This document shows positions 60,889-64,000 of a DNA stretch of 64,000 bases, piece after piece. The stretch is from the human T2T-CHM13v2.0 reference genome, Homo sapiens. Each line of letters begins with the position of its first letter. Positions within the stretch are counted from its first letter, which is position 1. The stretch lies in the NCBI RefSeq assembly GCF_009914755.1, contig NC_060928.1; one strand, 5' to 3'. A model generated the notes under the pieces. That model had not been told where the DNA came from, searched no databases, and saw only the letters and a list, made by a program, of their open reading frames with translations. Position numbers and translations under genes: made by a program.

Positions 60889-61759
60889 AATCTTTATACA
60901 TTGGAAGGGGGTCAGTGGAAATTTCCTGGTTATACTTGACTCCATTTTTCTGGGAGAAATTATATGTTGCAGTGACATTCTTAAACATTCCTCATGGATG
61001 TTAAGGGTCTGTCATATGAATAAACATACGGAAAACATTTTTCCATTGTGACTGGAATTCCAGAGAGGGAACAGAACCTGATAACTATGGATCATTAGCA
61101 CACGAGGCAGTGGTCTGTGAGTGGTAATAAAGAAGTTATATGACTTGCTGTCTGTAGCTATTCTCCAAGGTGGCTTCTGTGTTTAATCCCTAAAGAACAA
61201 AAATGATTCCAAGGACACAGGAAAGCCAAACCTGATCTTTGAAGGCTCAAGTTCAAAGACTAAGGCAAAGATAGAGGGCAGTTGGCTGCCATGGTAATAA
61301 GAGCAAGGAGAGCAGGGCATCTGATATCCAGCATGGGTGCTGAAGAACGTGTTAATTAATTTGATTGTGGTAATCATTACCCAATGTGTATGTCTATCAA
61401 GTCACCATGTGGCACACCTTGAATACAGTCAGTCTTTATATGGCAATCCAATATTTTGGATAAAAAGCGTGGAGGATAGGAATTGAAAAATGGTCAGGGT
61501 TCACAGCAGCAAATACAAGGAATATAAAAGAAGGAGAAAGATTGGAGGTTGACCATACTGCCTGAAAGTAAGATCCTGATCTTTCATTAACAGGTGCTTG
61601 TATAATCTCTTTTTAAATACTGCTCTTAGAGATGAGACAGTCTATTTTGGTGCAGTTTTCATTTTTTAAAGGTTACCTTTTGTATATTGAATACAAAGCT
61701 TCATTTTCTTTTTATTTATTAGTACTAGATAATTTCCAGATACCTCATAATTCTTTCTT

Positions 61760-62580
61760 TTCCTAAATATTTATGAGGACCTGACACCCGCAGGCACTGT
61801 TATTGGTGTTGGAAATACATTGTTAACAAGAAAGACAAGGTCTAAAGACATGGAGCTTACCTTTTAGTGAGGGCAGACAAAAATATGCAAGTAAACAAGT
61901 GAACACAAACAAAAACATCCAAGAGTGAGGAGCAGTGTGCAGATAATTGAACGGGTGACATGATGTGGAGTGACTGGGAGGCCATGGGAAGGCTTCCCTG
62001 AGAAGTAACTTACAAACTATGCAAAGACTGCACGCTAACTTAAGAGACAGCTATGCTAAGCACCTAAGGTGCTCATGAACTTTGTTGTGTTGGAGGAGCT
62101 TAAGCAAGATTTTTGTGGTTGGAGTATAGTGTGTGAGGCAGAGAGTAGCCCAAGGTGAGGGTGGAAAGGAAAGGCAAGGGCAGATTGCAGGACTTTGTGA
62201 GCTAGGAAAGGGGTAGGCTTTTATTTAACTGTGATAGAAAGCCATCAGAAGTTTTAAACAGGGGAATGAGGCCATGCTACATGCCTTACAAAAGGATCAT
62301 CCTGGCTGCTGAGTGGAGAATGGAAGTTAGGGAAGCCAGAGTGCACGGGCAGTGACACCAGGGGACTATACTGGTACTTGTGGTGGGAGATAATGGGGGC
62401 TTGGATTAGAAGGGTAGTGATGGAACAGTAGAAAAATGAACATATTAGAGATACGTTTTGGAGGACTTGATGGATAGATTGGATATTGAATATAAGGAAA
62501 GAGAGGAGTCAAGGATAACACCTAGACCCTTTGCTTGCAAAATAGGTGGATGATGCTTCTGTTCCTGAGAGGGAGAATAT
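61760..62580 (-). mobile_element. L2
   Basis: ATGGAGCTTACCTTTTAGTG, AAAGGATCATCCTGGCTGCTG, GGAGTCAAGGATAAC. Confidence 0.75.
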
Positions 62581-62967
62581 ATATTGTCATTTCTCCTCTG
62601 TACTTAAATATAAGTGATATGGTTTATAAATGAATTTGACATATCAGATTAAGAGCAATTAGGAAGATGCTTACCATTATAGAGTTTATTCTATTCTTGC
62701 TAGAATCCAAATACTCCTATGCGAAATTTATTTATCTAAAATTTTACATTCACTTTAGAATTCTAAAGTTGTTGTTAGAGACAAAGTGTTTATAGCACAC
62801 ATTAATGTTTTCTTGATATGTAAAAACCTCATAGTCAGTACTTAACAAGGAAAAATTACACATTTTGAAAAGTTTTAAAATAAAGTGAAAAAGTATGAAA
62901 TATCAGGTGATAAAAAATACTCAGAGATTATTTCAATAGATAAGATTGATAAAAGGTTAAAGTGTTC

Positions 62968-63354
62968 AGAAATCCCTGCGACTGGGTAATTCATAAAGAA
63001 AAGAGGTTTAATTGGCTCCTGGTTTTGCTGTCCAGGCATGGGGCTGGCGTCTGCTTCGTTTCTGGGGAAGCCTCAGGGAGCTTTTACTCATGGCAGAAGG
63101 CAAAGTGGGAGCAGGCACCTCACATGGCGAGAGCAGGAGCAGAAGAGAGGGCAAAGCGAAAGATACCAAACACTTTCAAACAGACAGAGCTTGTGAGAAC
63201 TCACTATCATGAGGACAGCACTAAGGGGATGGTGCTAACCATTCATAAGAAATTTGCCCCCGTGATCCAATCACCTCCCACTAGTCCCCACCTCCAACAC
63301 TGGGAATCACATTTCAACATGAGATTTAGGGGGAAAAATATCCAAATTATATCA
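62968..63354 (-). mobile_element. MST (MaLR) LTR
   Basis: GACTGGGTAATTCATAAAGAAAAGAGGTTTAATTGGCTC...CATGAGATTTAGG...ATCCAAATTATATCA. Confidence 0.88.
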
Positions 63355-63534
63355 ATTAATATCCTTAATTTATGAGATATTTTTACCAATCAATTTTTTT
63401 AAATGACAAGAAGAAAAATGGGCAAAGAACACAAAAAGGCAATTTACAAAAGAAAAGGTCAATAGCATGAGAGAAAGCTAAACCACACCCACAGCAATAA
63501 TCCAATCATTCAATATGTTAAAATAATAAGAGAA

Positions 63535-63810
63535 ACAGCACCAATAGTGGATAAGAACACAAACTGTAGAGCTAGAATTTCTGAGTTTGAAGACCTACCT
63601 CTAAAATTTACTAACTGGGTAACTTTGGGCAAATACCTTGATCTTTGTTTCAGTTTCCTCATCTGTGAACTGGGGGTCATTAGAGTACCCATGTTATCAG
63701 GTTGTTTTGTGTGTTAAATGGGTGTTAATACAGGTAGGTTACTTAGAACAGTGCCTAGGGTATAATAATTGTGTGAGTTTTAGAAATTACTGTTATTATT
63801 GCTGTTTAGT
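63535..63810 (+). mobile_element. MIR within old L1M fragments
   Basis: AACTTTGGGCAAATAC...CAGTTTCCTCATCTGTGAACTGGGG...CTTAGAACAGTGCCT. Confidence 0.8.
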
Positions 63811-64000
63811 ATTTATATTATTCTTAAATGTTTATAAAATGACAATACCTAATGTTGGCTAAGTGGGGGAAATGAGTATTTTCATACATTGTAGGTGAAA
63901 TTATATATTGGATTATTATTTTGGGAAGAAAGTTTTGCAATATGTCTCAAAAGTCTTAAACTAAGTGAAATCTTTAATAAATAAAATTCTACTTTTGGGA

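Overview
Primate (human-like) genomic DNA, AT-rich and dominated by interspersed repeats: Alu, L1, L2, MIR, MaLR/ERVL/ERV1 LTRs, a HERV-L pol/dUTPase remnant, and Tigger and hAT DNA transposons. I recognise no host protein-coding exon; almost all ORF-track entries are repeat-derived or chance ORFs. The centrepiece is a full-length, TSD-flanked L1PA4/5-type element (~30587-37172). Its ORF2 endonuclease region is interrupted by a ~418-bp, 25%-GC non-L1 segment (33357-33774) with no TSD or poly(A) tail, which is the clearest anomaly in the window. A second cluster at 44.0-46.7 kb holds an ~73-bp chimera of two sequences lying 1.1 kb apart, a 41-bp hairpin repeat with 100-bp period, and a very short twin-primed (inverted) L1 insertion. 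Repeat subfamily names come from my recall of consensus sequences, not from a database search; boundaries of old repeats are approximate.
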